64,000 bases of DNA from Takakia lepidozioides (taxonomy: Eukaryota > Plantae > Bryophyta): contig CM060733.1 of assembly GCA_030704615.1 (NCBI GenBank), positions 19,964,001 through 20,028,000 on the forward strand. The letters run 5' to 3'. Both the position numbers and the translations under genes were made by a program. Below, in pieces: positions 26,701 through 37,210 of the stretch. The notes below the pieces were generated by a model. The model had not been told where the DNA came from and made no database searches. It saw only the letters and a list, made by a program, of their open reading frames with translations. Position 1 is the first letter of the stretch, and every line of letters starts with the position of its first letter.

Positions 26701-27882
26701 CCAAGCTCGCAACTTCTTCCCAATGGTGGACTATATTTTTGCAGCCTACACTAACCTGGTTTTCCAGTGGGATGCCCTTCACTGTGACGAGGATCCAGTC
26801 CTCCAATGCCATAAGGGGTCTGATTCAAAGCCATTATATTTCAAGAACTTGTCTAGAGTGTGGGCAGACTGGCCAGAATGGACTTATGAGGACACTGTTC
26901 TTGTTGACGACACACCAAGAAAGGCGGCAAACAATCCTCCCTTCAGTGGGATTTTTCCAGAGCCATGGAAGGTGCAACCAGATTCACCAACTGATGAGTA
27001 TCTAACAGAGGTGTTGTGGCCTTTCTTGTGGAAGGCATCGAAAGCTGCCAGTATTCCCAAGTTTTTGGAGTGTCAGCCTGTTTTCGGACAACAACCATAC
27101 AACACTGCTACTGTGAAGGTACAAACATTCTGACAGTGCTCCAGAGGCTACAATTTTGTGGGTTCATTCATTGCATTGCTTTCCTAGATGCTTCTCCTCG
27201 GTTGCTTGATTAATGCTAGGTTTTCTTTGCAAGTTTTCAAGTTGGCTTTTTTTGTTTGATTCATACTTGGATTTTGTTTCTATTCACTATTCCTGTTTAC
27301 TCATTGCTTTCCTGGTTGTTCTCTGGTATGTGACACAGGAACTTGTGACAAACAAAGGTGATATTGTCGACAAGCCGGTACAAACGAGGGGCAAGAGTGT
27401 CGACCCGGCGAGTAGCCCCCCAAAAGAGGTCTCACAACCATTGGAGACTGCAAATGGAGTAAGTCCAGGCCGTTGTCTTGTTTGTTTTATTTTTTCCAAC
27501 CTTGGGGCTCTCTTTAATTCGCAAATGTTGAGTGTCCTAGTCGTGTGTATGTCATGGGTTTTCACATCGTGTTCTTTTTTGTGTGGAGTTGGGATCACAG
27601 TTCAGGGTGGGTGACGAGGTTCGGCTGTTGGATGTGAACTCCAAACGCAAGAAATGTGGAGTAGGGCTGATCGTTGCTCTTCAAGGTGCTGTGGTGGGTT
27701 ACGGGTACCCTGCTGTGCCCCTTGATTATGCCTGTGTGTACATCAAAGAGGCATGTGTCAGTAACACCCCTCTACCATATGTGAATGGTGTTAGGAAACA
27801 GACCGAGTTGGGGCAGGTGGTTGGCCAGACAACACTTTGGAGTCTAAAGTTACTGAAACTTATGGAGCTGCGGAAGGGATAG
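23800..27882 (+). CDS. CACTA TnpA/Tnp1-like multi-exon gene with an internal FCP1/NIF phosphatase-like domain
   Basis: ORF 24730-25632: PY-rich N-terminus, then Ptta-like 'KPITVSDEVWNKLVSYW...SGNMKKAN...GRGG'. ORF 25940-27133: 'LLILDLNGLL...VLRP...FEVAVWS...YFKNLSRVW...TVLVDDTPRKA..NP'. ORF 27583-27882 is Tnp1 C-terminal-like ('VGDEVRLL...GVG...PLP...LGQVVGQTTLW'). Exon structure is approximate. Confidence 0.7.
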
Positions 27883-28409
27883 TCAGTATTGCACTGTTTA
27901 ACAGAGTTCTTGATTCTAATAGCACTAGAACATACTAGCTACAACAATTCAGCCCATGTGTGGGCTTGCTTGTTTTTGGCTGGGCCTTTTGAGGCATGGA
28001 TTTTTTGACCTTGTGGCTTTTGAGGTGTCCATTGGGACATTGGTCTCATTTGGATTTTTGTAATGTGATTTATAGGGCTTGTATTGCCTTGTAGTTGACT
28101 ATTTTCATTCTCCTTGTGGTTGATAGTATGCAAAAAGAGGGATCCATTCTGTTTTCATGTTGGAATTTCACCATGTAATGAAGATTTTAAATCATTTAAT
28201 TCACTTTCATTTTAAATAATAATATTAAAAATAATACCATTAAAAAAAATTCCAAGGCTGCAATCTCCCTGTTTTTTTAAATATTAAATGAAAACTAAAA
28301 AATAAAATATGAACATTAAAAATATAAACTATTTCGGAAAACAATATTGATGACACGTGGCATCACTCTTGCTCAAACCAGTGTGCCACATGTCACATCT
28401 CAAGTGCAA

Positions 28410-28760
28410 CAGGTGTCCCGCTAACAACTCTCCATGTAGACATCCCTGTAGTCATATGAGCGAGTCATGTAGTCACCACGTGTGAAATCTGCCATAGCAC
28501 ACGTGTCCCACTAGCGCCTCTCCATGTAGGCATCACTGTGCAGACATGTAGTCATATGATCATGGCAAGAAGTCGTGACATGTCAAATTCGCAGTGGCGC
28601 ACGTGTCCATCCGTCGCCTCTCCATGTAGGCATCACTTTGCAGACATATAGCCATATGATCCCCTGACGAATGCATGATGTGTCGCTTGCGCAGTGGCGC
28701 ACGTGTCCCGCTGAAGCCTCTCCATGTAGGCAGCGCTCAACAGACAATGTAGTCATATAT
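28410..28760. repeat. CACTA subterminal ~90-100 bp tandem repeats (4 copies) with GTAGTCAT motifs
   Basis: 'gtgtcc...ctctccatgtag.ca...gtagtcatat' recurs at ~28414, 28505, 28604 and 28704. ATGACT/AGTCAT motifs also cluster at 17120-17360 and 22670-22920. Confidence 0.75.
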
Positions 28761-29306
28761 TAGTCATATAGTTGTGACTGCAACCCTCTCTGCAGCAGGA
28801 CTCCAGGTGCCACGCAAGCAGTCACGGATATGACTTACAAAACGCAGTCCTAAAGACTAGTTGCTATGACAGGGCTTTTTTCACTACAGAGTGATGTAGT
28901 CATGAACGCATATAAGACTGAAAAAATAGTCATATGTGAAGTCATAAAAACGCTCATCTGTTGTAGTGTATGTAGGGTAGAATAACATGTATTCATATGG
29001 CCGTTGGATATTTCGTTGAGAGGAAGGAATGTACTGTGGTGAGGTTGGCATGTATTCAGGGGAGGACGGATAATATCCAGGCGAGTCTGCTGCCTCTGAA
29101 CCAGATGATGAATAGGCTATTTCAGGTGGTTCAATGAGGTCCGGAAACTCGTATTCGGGAGTTTCGGGAATTGGGTAGAAGCTCGATGAGTATTCGATCG
29201 TTTCATGATTTCCAGGATAATCACTCCTACACAACCACCTAAACCACCACCAAACACAAAATCTTGTTGATCCTACTTTTCCAAAGAATTGTTCTAAATT
29301 AACTCG

Positions 29307-30027
29307 ACCTCGACATGAATGTCGACGTCCATTCGCAGAAGACCGTTTTCCTAAATTGCCTGTCCTGAGTAGACAGCCAGTGACAGTTAGTTTCAACCTA
29401 TCTCATATGACGCTTCATCATCTACTGAAATAACTGCACTTAGATTTACGCTGCACTTAATATAACTCTATTGTTATATAGAGTTATATCAGAATCTTAA
29501 CGTCGATATTAATGTCGAGGTTCTTCATCTATTGTTTATTGATTAACAATACTTGAGGTAATTGTAATCTTCAGTCCACGTAGAGTTGTGAAGAAAACTA
29601 ATCTTATTGCATGAGAACGTTGACATTAATGTCGAGGTCCAATTCCTTCGTTGGACAGTCAACTAACGTGTTTATCCAAATTATGTAAAAAAAACGTGAA
29701 ATCTACAAATGCTATCACAAAAAGCTAATGTCTAGGCTTACCTCCCCCTCCTCGACACTAATATGAGAGTCCTGAACCTCGACATTAATGTCCGGGAAGT
29801 TTAAAAGGTTCATCAGCAACCTGCTGACGTACACTGGAAAACTGAGAGATGTTCAATTTATACATGATGCCTCTAAACCTTGACATTCATGTCGAGGTTC
29901 CCTCCCCTTGTCGGACAGCTATAACACAAGTACTCATGTAGATGGTTGACAATATATGACACCCATACATGGGACCGAAACATCTACACCTACATGCATT
30001 AATGTACCTCGACATCAATGTCAATAT
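29307..30027. repeat. Cluster of type-A 24-bp palindromes (AACCTCGACA-NNNN-TGTCGAGGTT)
   Basis: Copies at 29307, 29499, 29616, 29750 (partial), 29775, 29876, 30006. Further copies at 10616, 11674, 13147, 14871, 14945, 16657, 57348, 57640, 57843. Confidence 0.85.
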
Positions 30028-31620
30028 TGTTTACAAAGAGTGTCTCCTGATGTCCACCTACATTGCACATTATGTTGACATTACAATAGACCTACTTTGC
30101 AAAATCGGGCAACATTATGTCGAACTATATTGGAGAGATACTCCAAATTTACTCGAGATTTGTGTGTGTGAGAGATTCGCTCTAGGTGTATGTTTGTGAT
30201 TTGCTTTAGGTGTATGCGTGTGTGTCTGCAATTTTAATTAATCCTAGGTGTATGTGATTGTATGTTCTACTGATTTGCTGTAGGTGCCTTCATTGAGTTA
30301 TACTTGGCCATGAATCTGCTCCAACCTCACTCTCTTTAACCTGCAAACAAGGCAGACAACTGTCAATTGGTGGACCAATGAAATCAAACTAAAGAAATCG
30401 AAATCAAACTCAAACTCAAGATAATTCAAAACGAGTCATCTATTATACATGCTGCAATTTGGAATTGTGTTTGTACCTCTATTTTATCTCTGCCCTGCTG
30501 GAATGTATTTGTTGCCCGTGCTGCTCCTATGCAGCTCCTGTTGCTCCTGTCCCTACTCAGCCTATTGGAGCTTAAATTGCAGGGCTAAGGTTCTGAAACC
30601 CTTATTTTAACAAGCACATGGACAAAGAGATAGAGAAGAAACATGGGCAAAGAGAGAGAGAGAAGAAACTTGAAACCTGAAATAAGCATTAAGAAACCAT
30701 AAAATATTCATGGCGCCTTTGAACATCAAATAGACCCGAGAGGAACAGAAAATTGCAATTGCCCTTGTGTGTCATGAGTTCTTTCACCTAAGAGAAGCTC
30801 TCATCAAATCTGTCAAGGGTGTGTTTACATCTTTGTTTACCAACATTCAATGTCAAGACTCCCTCTTTTACTCCCCTCTCCCTTATTCTCTCTTTCTCTC
30901 AGGGCATAAATCCCACCTTAGAACATCAAACAAAAGTTGAGAGGAAATGAATATGCAATTACCTCTGAGCCCGCACGTCGTCCTCCCCTGCGCACAAATG
31001 TCTCAGGTAGCCCGCCCTCCAGCTCCCTCTCTTCCCCCGTCGCGCTGCTCGCCCCTGTCGCTCTGCCCTCTCCCTTGCAACACCTCGCAGCAGCTCCCCG
31101 CTCACAGATTGCTATCCCGTCGCAGCTCCTCTCCATCCTCATCTCGTCCCCTTTGCTGTGCGGTACATGCGCCGTTGGATCGTCAAGATCCAACTGCTTG
31201 GACAAACCAACAAACAAAAATAAACAAAAGAAATCCACCCAACCCCGCGTCCATTGGATCTTCAAAATCCAACAGCTGCAGCGCCACGCAGGGCAGCCAC
31301 CCCGTGATCCGTTGGATCTGGAGATCCAACGGTGTAAACCAACAACCAAAAACAAAACACACAATTAAATTTGGGAGGGTGGCGGCGGCGGCGGCGGCGG
31401 CTAGGGTTACGGAGGGGGGTGAAGTGGCGGCTCCGTTAGGGAAACCTCCCGAGCTCGCTCCACCGAAATCTGAAAAAAATAAAATAAATCCATGGCGCCT
31501 CGCCCCGTGGCCTGGCGCTGCAGAACGCATGCACGCGCGCTGGCCCCACGAGCCACATTACACACGAGCGGGTAGGCCATATGCTGGCGTGGGCCCACAA
31601 GGCGAGGCGCGTCAACAAAC

Positions 31621-31765
31621 GCCGCCACCCACCAAAACAAAAAAAAACCAATGTATGGCGCTTCGCCACGTAGCGCCTGCCCGTCGTGCGGAACGTGGCA
31701 GGCAAGAGCTCGCGCGTGTGGGCTGTACCGCCTGGCCGCGTGGCGACGTGCTGAACGTGCGGCCG
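31621..31765 (+). repeat. GC-rich ~145 bp direct repeat, copy 1
   Basis: ccaatg..tggcgcttcgccacgt.gcgcctgcc...gtgcggaacgtggcaggc...gggctgtaccgcctggccg.gtggcga...gtgcggccg is shared with 56346-56491. Confidence 0.85.
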
Positions 31766-32007
31766 CAACGACGCTACCGCGTGAGCCTGGCGCGTGAGTG
31801 TGTGAGCGTACGCTCACACAACGATGATGTGGCGTGAGCCTACGCTCACGCTGCTGATGTGGCGCTGATGTTGACGTGGCGTGAGCCTGGTCCAGGTCAT
31901 GCCACGTCACCACAAAGAAGGTGGGCCTATAACCGTGGAGCCCCCAACTGCTGATTTCACCACATGAAGGTGAAACGGATGAAGGGTTTCGGGCTTTCCT
32001 GGAGTTC

Positions 32008-32429
32008 AACCTTCTGTTAACAGGAGCTTCAGGTCGTAGAACTGAAATGAACGTTGTTTTAACACGAGGTTGTATTCCTGGAACAAAAATGAACTTCGTG
32101 TTGACACGATGTTGTTTTCTTAGAAATAAAATGAACCTTGTGTCGACACAAGGGGGATTTGGAGAACTTCAAGTAAACCTCATGTTAACACGAGGTTTAC
32201 TTCCTGCAACAAAAATGAGCTTCGTGTTGACACGATGTTGTTTTCTTAGAACTAAAATCAACCTTGTGTCGACACAAGGGGGATTTGGAGTTAACACGAG
32301 GTTTACTTCCTGCAACAAAAATGAGCTTCGTGTTGACACGATGTTGTTTTCTTAGAACTAAAATCAACCTTGTGTCGACACAAGGGGGATTTGGAGAACT
32401 TCAAGTAAACCTCGTGTTGACACGAGGTT
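32008..32429. repeat. 42-bp-period tandem array of 22-bp palindromes (AACCTyGTGTyRACACrAGGTT)
   Basis: Palindromes start at 32008, 32050, 32092, 32134, 32176, 32218, 32260, (partial ~32290), 32324, 32366, 32408. The 20-bp linkers are related and form a 126-bp higher-order unit. Confidence 0.9.
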
Positions 32430-33275
32430 GATTTGATCATCTGTCTATCTGAAGGTAGTTTCTTGTGTTTGCTAATGAAAAGAGAATTACAAACCAATGC
32501 GACAAATGCATTCACCCACGCATAGCCAAGATGTTAGATGACATACATTGAGAGACAGTGGACTTGAACAGTCATTCCATTACAAGTTTAGGTCAAGGAA
32601 AACTCAGATTTTTATGGGCTTGTATCTTGCTGTAGAAGTGTGTTGACTTCGTTGAAACTCATAATGGTTTGGTGAATGAAGAAGTCGCGCTTTGGATCAC
32701 AAACCATCCTTCTCAAGAAGACGAAGTAAAGGTGTTTGCACAGTATGAACTTCCCTCTCTTTCCCAAACTACTTGAAAGCATACCAACAAAATCAGGACA
32801 TGTACAATTGGGAAAATTGGAAACAGTGATGTCGTACGTCCTGTCCTGCAGCGTAGATGTGGATGAGATCATGGTGAACACCCGACCATACCCTGGATCA
32901 GGCACTTCCATTGTACTCGCAACACGAGCGTCAAGCATTCTGGCGGACTCAATTTTGCCGTAGTGTTCTGCAGTTGGAGGGAATCGTCGAACCAGCTTCC
33001 TATTCCGTCTGGTTGGCCACAAGTGAGCGTCAGGCGGAGGTACCCGTGAACCGCTTGTACTTGAAGCACCTTCACGTGCAATGGAATGTCTGGCTAGGGA
33101 GAAACCCGCCTCTTCCAGCATTGCGATCTCTCGGTGAGTGAGACCTGTGCCCATCTTCACAAGCCACACGTTGGTGGAATAGGCTTCCTCACCACGGAAG
33201 GCCTCACTGTCCCATGCACACATCTCCCACAATCGTCAGCGCAAAACCAAAACTTGTGGTTCTTTGCCTCGCCTT

Positions 33276-34334
33276 TGTTAGAGGACTGTCTGGGACTTAG
33301 ACACTTTTACGGGATCTGTGGGGTACCCTTAAATTTTTACACAGACTGAGACCAACATGAGCCTTAGGGGTGACAGCAGCGCACTTTAGGGAGGGTTACA
33401 CAGCCCGTCACAGTTCGACACAGCCCGTCACAGCCAACACAGCTCGTCACAGTCCGACACAGCCCGTCACAGCCAACACAGCTCGTCACAGTCCAACACA
33501 GCCCATCACAGTCCGACACAGCTCGTCACAATCCAACACAGCCCATCACAGCCAACACAGCCCGTCACAGTCCGACACAGCCGACACAGCCAGACACCGC
33601 CGTCACAGCCCGACACAGCCCGTCACAGCCCGTCACAGTTTCACACAGCCAGTCACAGCTTGACACAGCTGTCACGACCATAGGGAACGGATAGCAGGAC
33701 AGGGAACAACTGTGGGGAACAACATCTGTGAATGGAACATGTTAGTTCACGGATGACGGTTAGTGAGGGAAACGGTTAGAACAACGGGTAGGAAGATAAA
33801 GTCAGGAGCGAGGACTGGAAAATGATCAATTCTGGGGGAGCACTTCTTGGGGGGACTTCGGACATCACTTGGGGAAATGAGGCAGAGAGCGCATCTCTGA
33901 GCAGAAAGAGGGAGAGCACGGAGTAGGAGGAGGACGATCTGTTGATGCTTAATGAATGCAAGCAGTAGAGTTGTAATGTAGAGTAGATTAGAGACTCCAT
34001 GGCTTCAGCCTGATACTTGATAGATATTAATCTGATACATACTTCATACTCACACTGTGTAGAGAGATCTTGAGTGAAGCTGTGGAATGAATGGATGAGT
34101 TGATGGAATCCGATAGATTGCTGAAGCAAACTGATACTTAATTACCAACAGTAAGGTAACTAGCTAACATGAATGCGGGAAGGAAAACAAATAGGAAACA
34201 CCCCCATGATACACTAGCTGTAGGTCATGACTGATTGTTCTGAGCGGGCTGAGTGCTTAGAGATTTCCAACTCTTCTATCTTGGAGTTTCCGCCTCGGAT
34301 AGCAAAGGGATGGGTGAGTAAAAGCCGCGCGATA
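33276..34334 (+). repeat. 5' LTR (contains CACAGC minisatellite)
   Basis: Near-identical to 45576-46602; starts TG and ends TA (CA in the 3' copy). Confidence 0.93.
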
Positions 34335-34922
34335 TTTGGCGACCGTACTGGGAGACTGGGTCATGAACAATCAGATGTGACATGCATCTGGTGGGATCAT
34401 GGTGGTTGGAGAATTAAAGAATTTGATGTGAATCAAATTCCTTGTGAAACTGAGAAGGAAAGATTGTCCAAACGATTCTTTCAGAGGTTCTTGGAATTGC
34501 CAGACGGTTGTAAGGAAAACATTCTTAAGAGAGTGCATGATGATGACCCTGAATGGGGTCTGGAGAAAGGAGTGATAAAGATTTATCAGGTGGCCTGTAG
34601 AGGAAGAGCACGTTGGTTACCAACACTGGTTTATGTGATAGCATTGCTATCCATTAAGCGAGTAGAGTTTGAAGGCTGGGAGGAAAGAAAGGTGAATGTT
34701 TTTACTCATATGCATGAAGAGCTTGTACTGGTAAAGAATTGGATTCCAAAGGATATTTTGTGGATCAAACTCACACCAAGAACAGCTTTCCAGACTTGTT
34801 TGCCATATGGTTATATGGTAACGGAGACTTCAAGTATAGCCAAGGGTGCATTGAAGCTTGAAAGAAACCCAGGCATATACGAGAGATATTACAGAAGAGA
34901 GTTTTGGTTATTGCCACATTAA
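34227..34922 (+). CDS. Extra 5' ORF of the gypsy element (unknown function)
   Basis: 231-aa ORF starting in the LTR and crossing the PBS. No recognisable motif. Confidence 0.3.
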   Translation: MTDCSERAECLEISNSSILEFPPRIAKGWVSKSRAIFGDRTGRLGHEQSDVTCIWWDHGGWRIKEFDVNQIPCETEKERLSKRFFQRFLELPDGCKENILKRVHDDDPEWGLEKGVIKIYQVACRGRARWLPTLVYVIALLSIKRVEFEGWEERKVNVFTHMHEELVLVKNWIPKDILWIKLTPRTAFQTCLPYGYMVTETSSIAKGALKLERNPGIYERYYRREFWLLPH

Positions 34923-34943
34923 AGGAAATGAAAGACATGGGAC

Positions 34944-37210
34944 ATGAGTGATGAAAGAGAAGCTAGACTCCAGAGATATTCAGCAAAAAGAGAAAGCTAT
35001 CTGAAAGCTAATTATCCATATCTTTGGGAGAGAGGAATAGACATAGGGGAATCATCTGGACCTCTCACACCATTAAGATCAGAGAGTACATCACCCATAC
35101 CGGAAGAACTAGAGTTGGATGCCACTCCTTCTTTTTCTTTGCAAGAAAGATTAAGGGAATTGGTACGGGAAGAAGATCAATCACGAGGTGAAAGATTTGA
35201 GGTACATCCCTGGATAAAAGATTTGACAGAAATCTTTGATAAGAGTTGGCATGGAACACCAAGAGCAGGAACTCCAGTTTCTGAACCGGAAGGTGAAGAA
35301 GGAGGAGAGGATGTGGCAGAGCCAACGGAGAGTTCAGACTCTCCAACACCATTGCAGTTGAGTTACATGAGTGAAGAAGAAACCCAAGGGCAGAACTTGG
35401 AGGATGAAAATAGAGAGAAGAAATTGGAAGAGGAAGAGTATGAAGAAGTAGACCCAACAGCTGAGGTTGAAACTACAACCAGGACATCCCAACCCGTTGG
35501 ACCTAGATCAAGTGGAGCACTTGGATCACATGCCAACGAAGGTGTCGGCTCAGGGGGATTAGGCGGGCTGCCTGGATCTGGCTCTGGGGGGACATGGAGT
35601 GTGGGAAGTAGTGCAACTGGAGCTGGGAATACTGTGAATATCGTGGGGCCAGTAGCAGGGAGTGCTCAAGGGCCACCACTTGGTGGAAGATCCACCACAA
35701 CAACAATAGGTCCTGAAGGACCAGCACCAGCAAGGGTGCAAGCACCTGTCAGTGGGCAGAAGGTAGAGCCACAGATGGCGTTACAACCAACACGGGCAAA
35801 ACCACCTTTTCCAATATATTCAGGAAAAGGGGATCCCGATGTACACATTAGCCAATTTGAGCACACGTGTATAGGGAACAATGAGAATGGCGATGATGCC
35901 AAAATGAGATTGTTTCCTTGTTCACTTATCAAGAAAGCAAGTGAATGGTATGCAAGATTCCCTGATAATCATTTCCTAACCTGGAATGGCTTGAATACAA
36001 CATTCCGAAATAGGTTCAGGACAAGTAAAACTGAGGATGAAGTGTATGGAAGTTTACAACAGTTAAAGCAAAAGAAGCATGAAACTGTTGAGGAGTATAT
36101 GGAAAAGATGGAATTGATGATGAAAAGCTGGCTGCTGTACCAGCACCAGGTTTACAGAAGACTTGGTTTGTGAGTGGACTAAGACCAGAGTTGCAAAAGA
36201 AAGTGGATATGTTACCCCATAATACAGTGGAGGAGGCATTTGAAACTGCAAACAGAATTGAGCAATTGAGAATGCTCAGGAGAGAGAAAAGGGATGATGA
36301 TGACTCTGAGGATGAGTCAGATGAAGAAGAAGAGCAAGAACTAAAAAGGAAGAGTAAGAGAAAGGAGAAGTTGAAGAGGGATAACTATGAGAAAAGATTA
36401 GAAGAAATCTTGAAGAAGTATGCCACAGAGGCTGCAACACATTGGAGGAAGGGTGTATGGTGTGCAAAGTGCCAGGATGAAGGCCATACCACCACTGAAT
36501 GCCACATGAAGGAGAAACACTATACTATCTGTAAAATGGATAACCATTCTACTGAGAATTGTTACTACAACAGAAGGACAGCAGCTAGAGAACCTAGGCA
36601 AGTAAGGGTGCATCAAGTGCAGCCCCAGCCAAGAAGAAACAGTGATCAGGACCACTATGGTAGGCCTAGTGGTTATAATAATGGCATGGAAGGGAGAGGT
36701 AATTCAAGAGGGAATTACCAAGGAAATTCCAGAGGCAACTATCAGGGTAATCCAAGGGGGAATTACCTGCCCGGGAATCAGGATTACAGAAATAATCCAA
36801 GAGCAGACCAAGGGCGAGGACCCAATGGTGAAGAACTATGTTACTATTGTAATCAGCCAGGACATCGCAAGGCATCATGTTCATTCTGGATTAGACACCA
36901 GAATGAGATGAGAGCTCCTGTGAATGAGGGCCCAGTGGTGGCAGCTCACATGGTTAGGCCATGTGTTGTATCAGAAGTAAGTACAATGATAGTAACAAGA
37001 AGCAAAGCCAAACTAATACCTCCAGTAGTTGAGGAAGATGATGATAATGAAGGTGGCAGTGATATGCCTGAAGATGATGAGGCTTGGAGAGATGAGAAGG
37101 AACTGCACAAGGAAGTGGCAGATACCATAAGGAAAATGCAGAAGAGTACTGATATTCCTGTGGCAAGAGACAGGAAACACAGACCTGAACAGCAAGGTGA
37201 CCAGTTATAA
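34944..37210 (+). pseudogene. Gypsy gag (one frameshift)
   Basis: 'FPIYSGKGDPDVHISQF...LFPCSL..KASEWY...LKQKKHETVEEY', 'GLRPELQ', zinc knuckles CAKCQDEGHTTTEC and CYYCNQPGHRKASC. Confidence 0.85.

Larger units (their letters stand above)
17094..28968. mobile_element. Complete CACTA (En/Spm) DNA transposon, ~11.9 kb
   Basis: TIRs CACTACAAGAGATGAGCGTTTTTAGGACT (17094-17122) and AGTCATAAAAACGCTCATCTGTTGTAGTG (28940-28968), 2 mismatches in 29 bp. 3-bp TSD TAT at 17091-17093 and 28969-28971. TnpD-like and TnpA-like genes inside. Confidence 0.95.
16868..29225 (-). pseudogene. Tyr/Ser/Pro-rich ORF with Pol II CTD-like heptads, split by the CACTA insertion
   Basis: Joining 29225-28969 to 17090-16868 gives a continuous frame: ...SPGYYPSSPEYMPTSPQYIPSSQRNIQRPYEYMLFYPTYVPETYSLETYSPEAYVP...GLWTFE* (TAA 16870-16868). 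Confidence 0.65.
9870..31900 (-). mobile_element. Large intron-rich cargo element 'A' (putative giant DNA transposon; no transposase seen; ends unresolved), interrupted by a CACTA element
   Basis: Minus-strand multi-exon genes (ParB-like/MTase-like/FCP1-like; CTD-like ORF). The same 24-bp palindrome family occurs on both sides of the CACTA insertion, and removing the CACTA restores one ORF. Confidence 0.5.

Noticed and set aside
30918-32009. Several overlapping 110-296 aa ORFs
   Set aside because: GC-rich low-complexity repeat or promoter DNA that is open in many frames; no domain signatures.
32008-32429. CRISPR-like array (palindromic repeats with regular spacers)
   Set aside because: The linkers are related to each other and recur as a 126-bp unit, the repeats vary, there are no cas genes, and the context is a eukaryotic TE.
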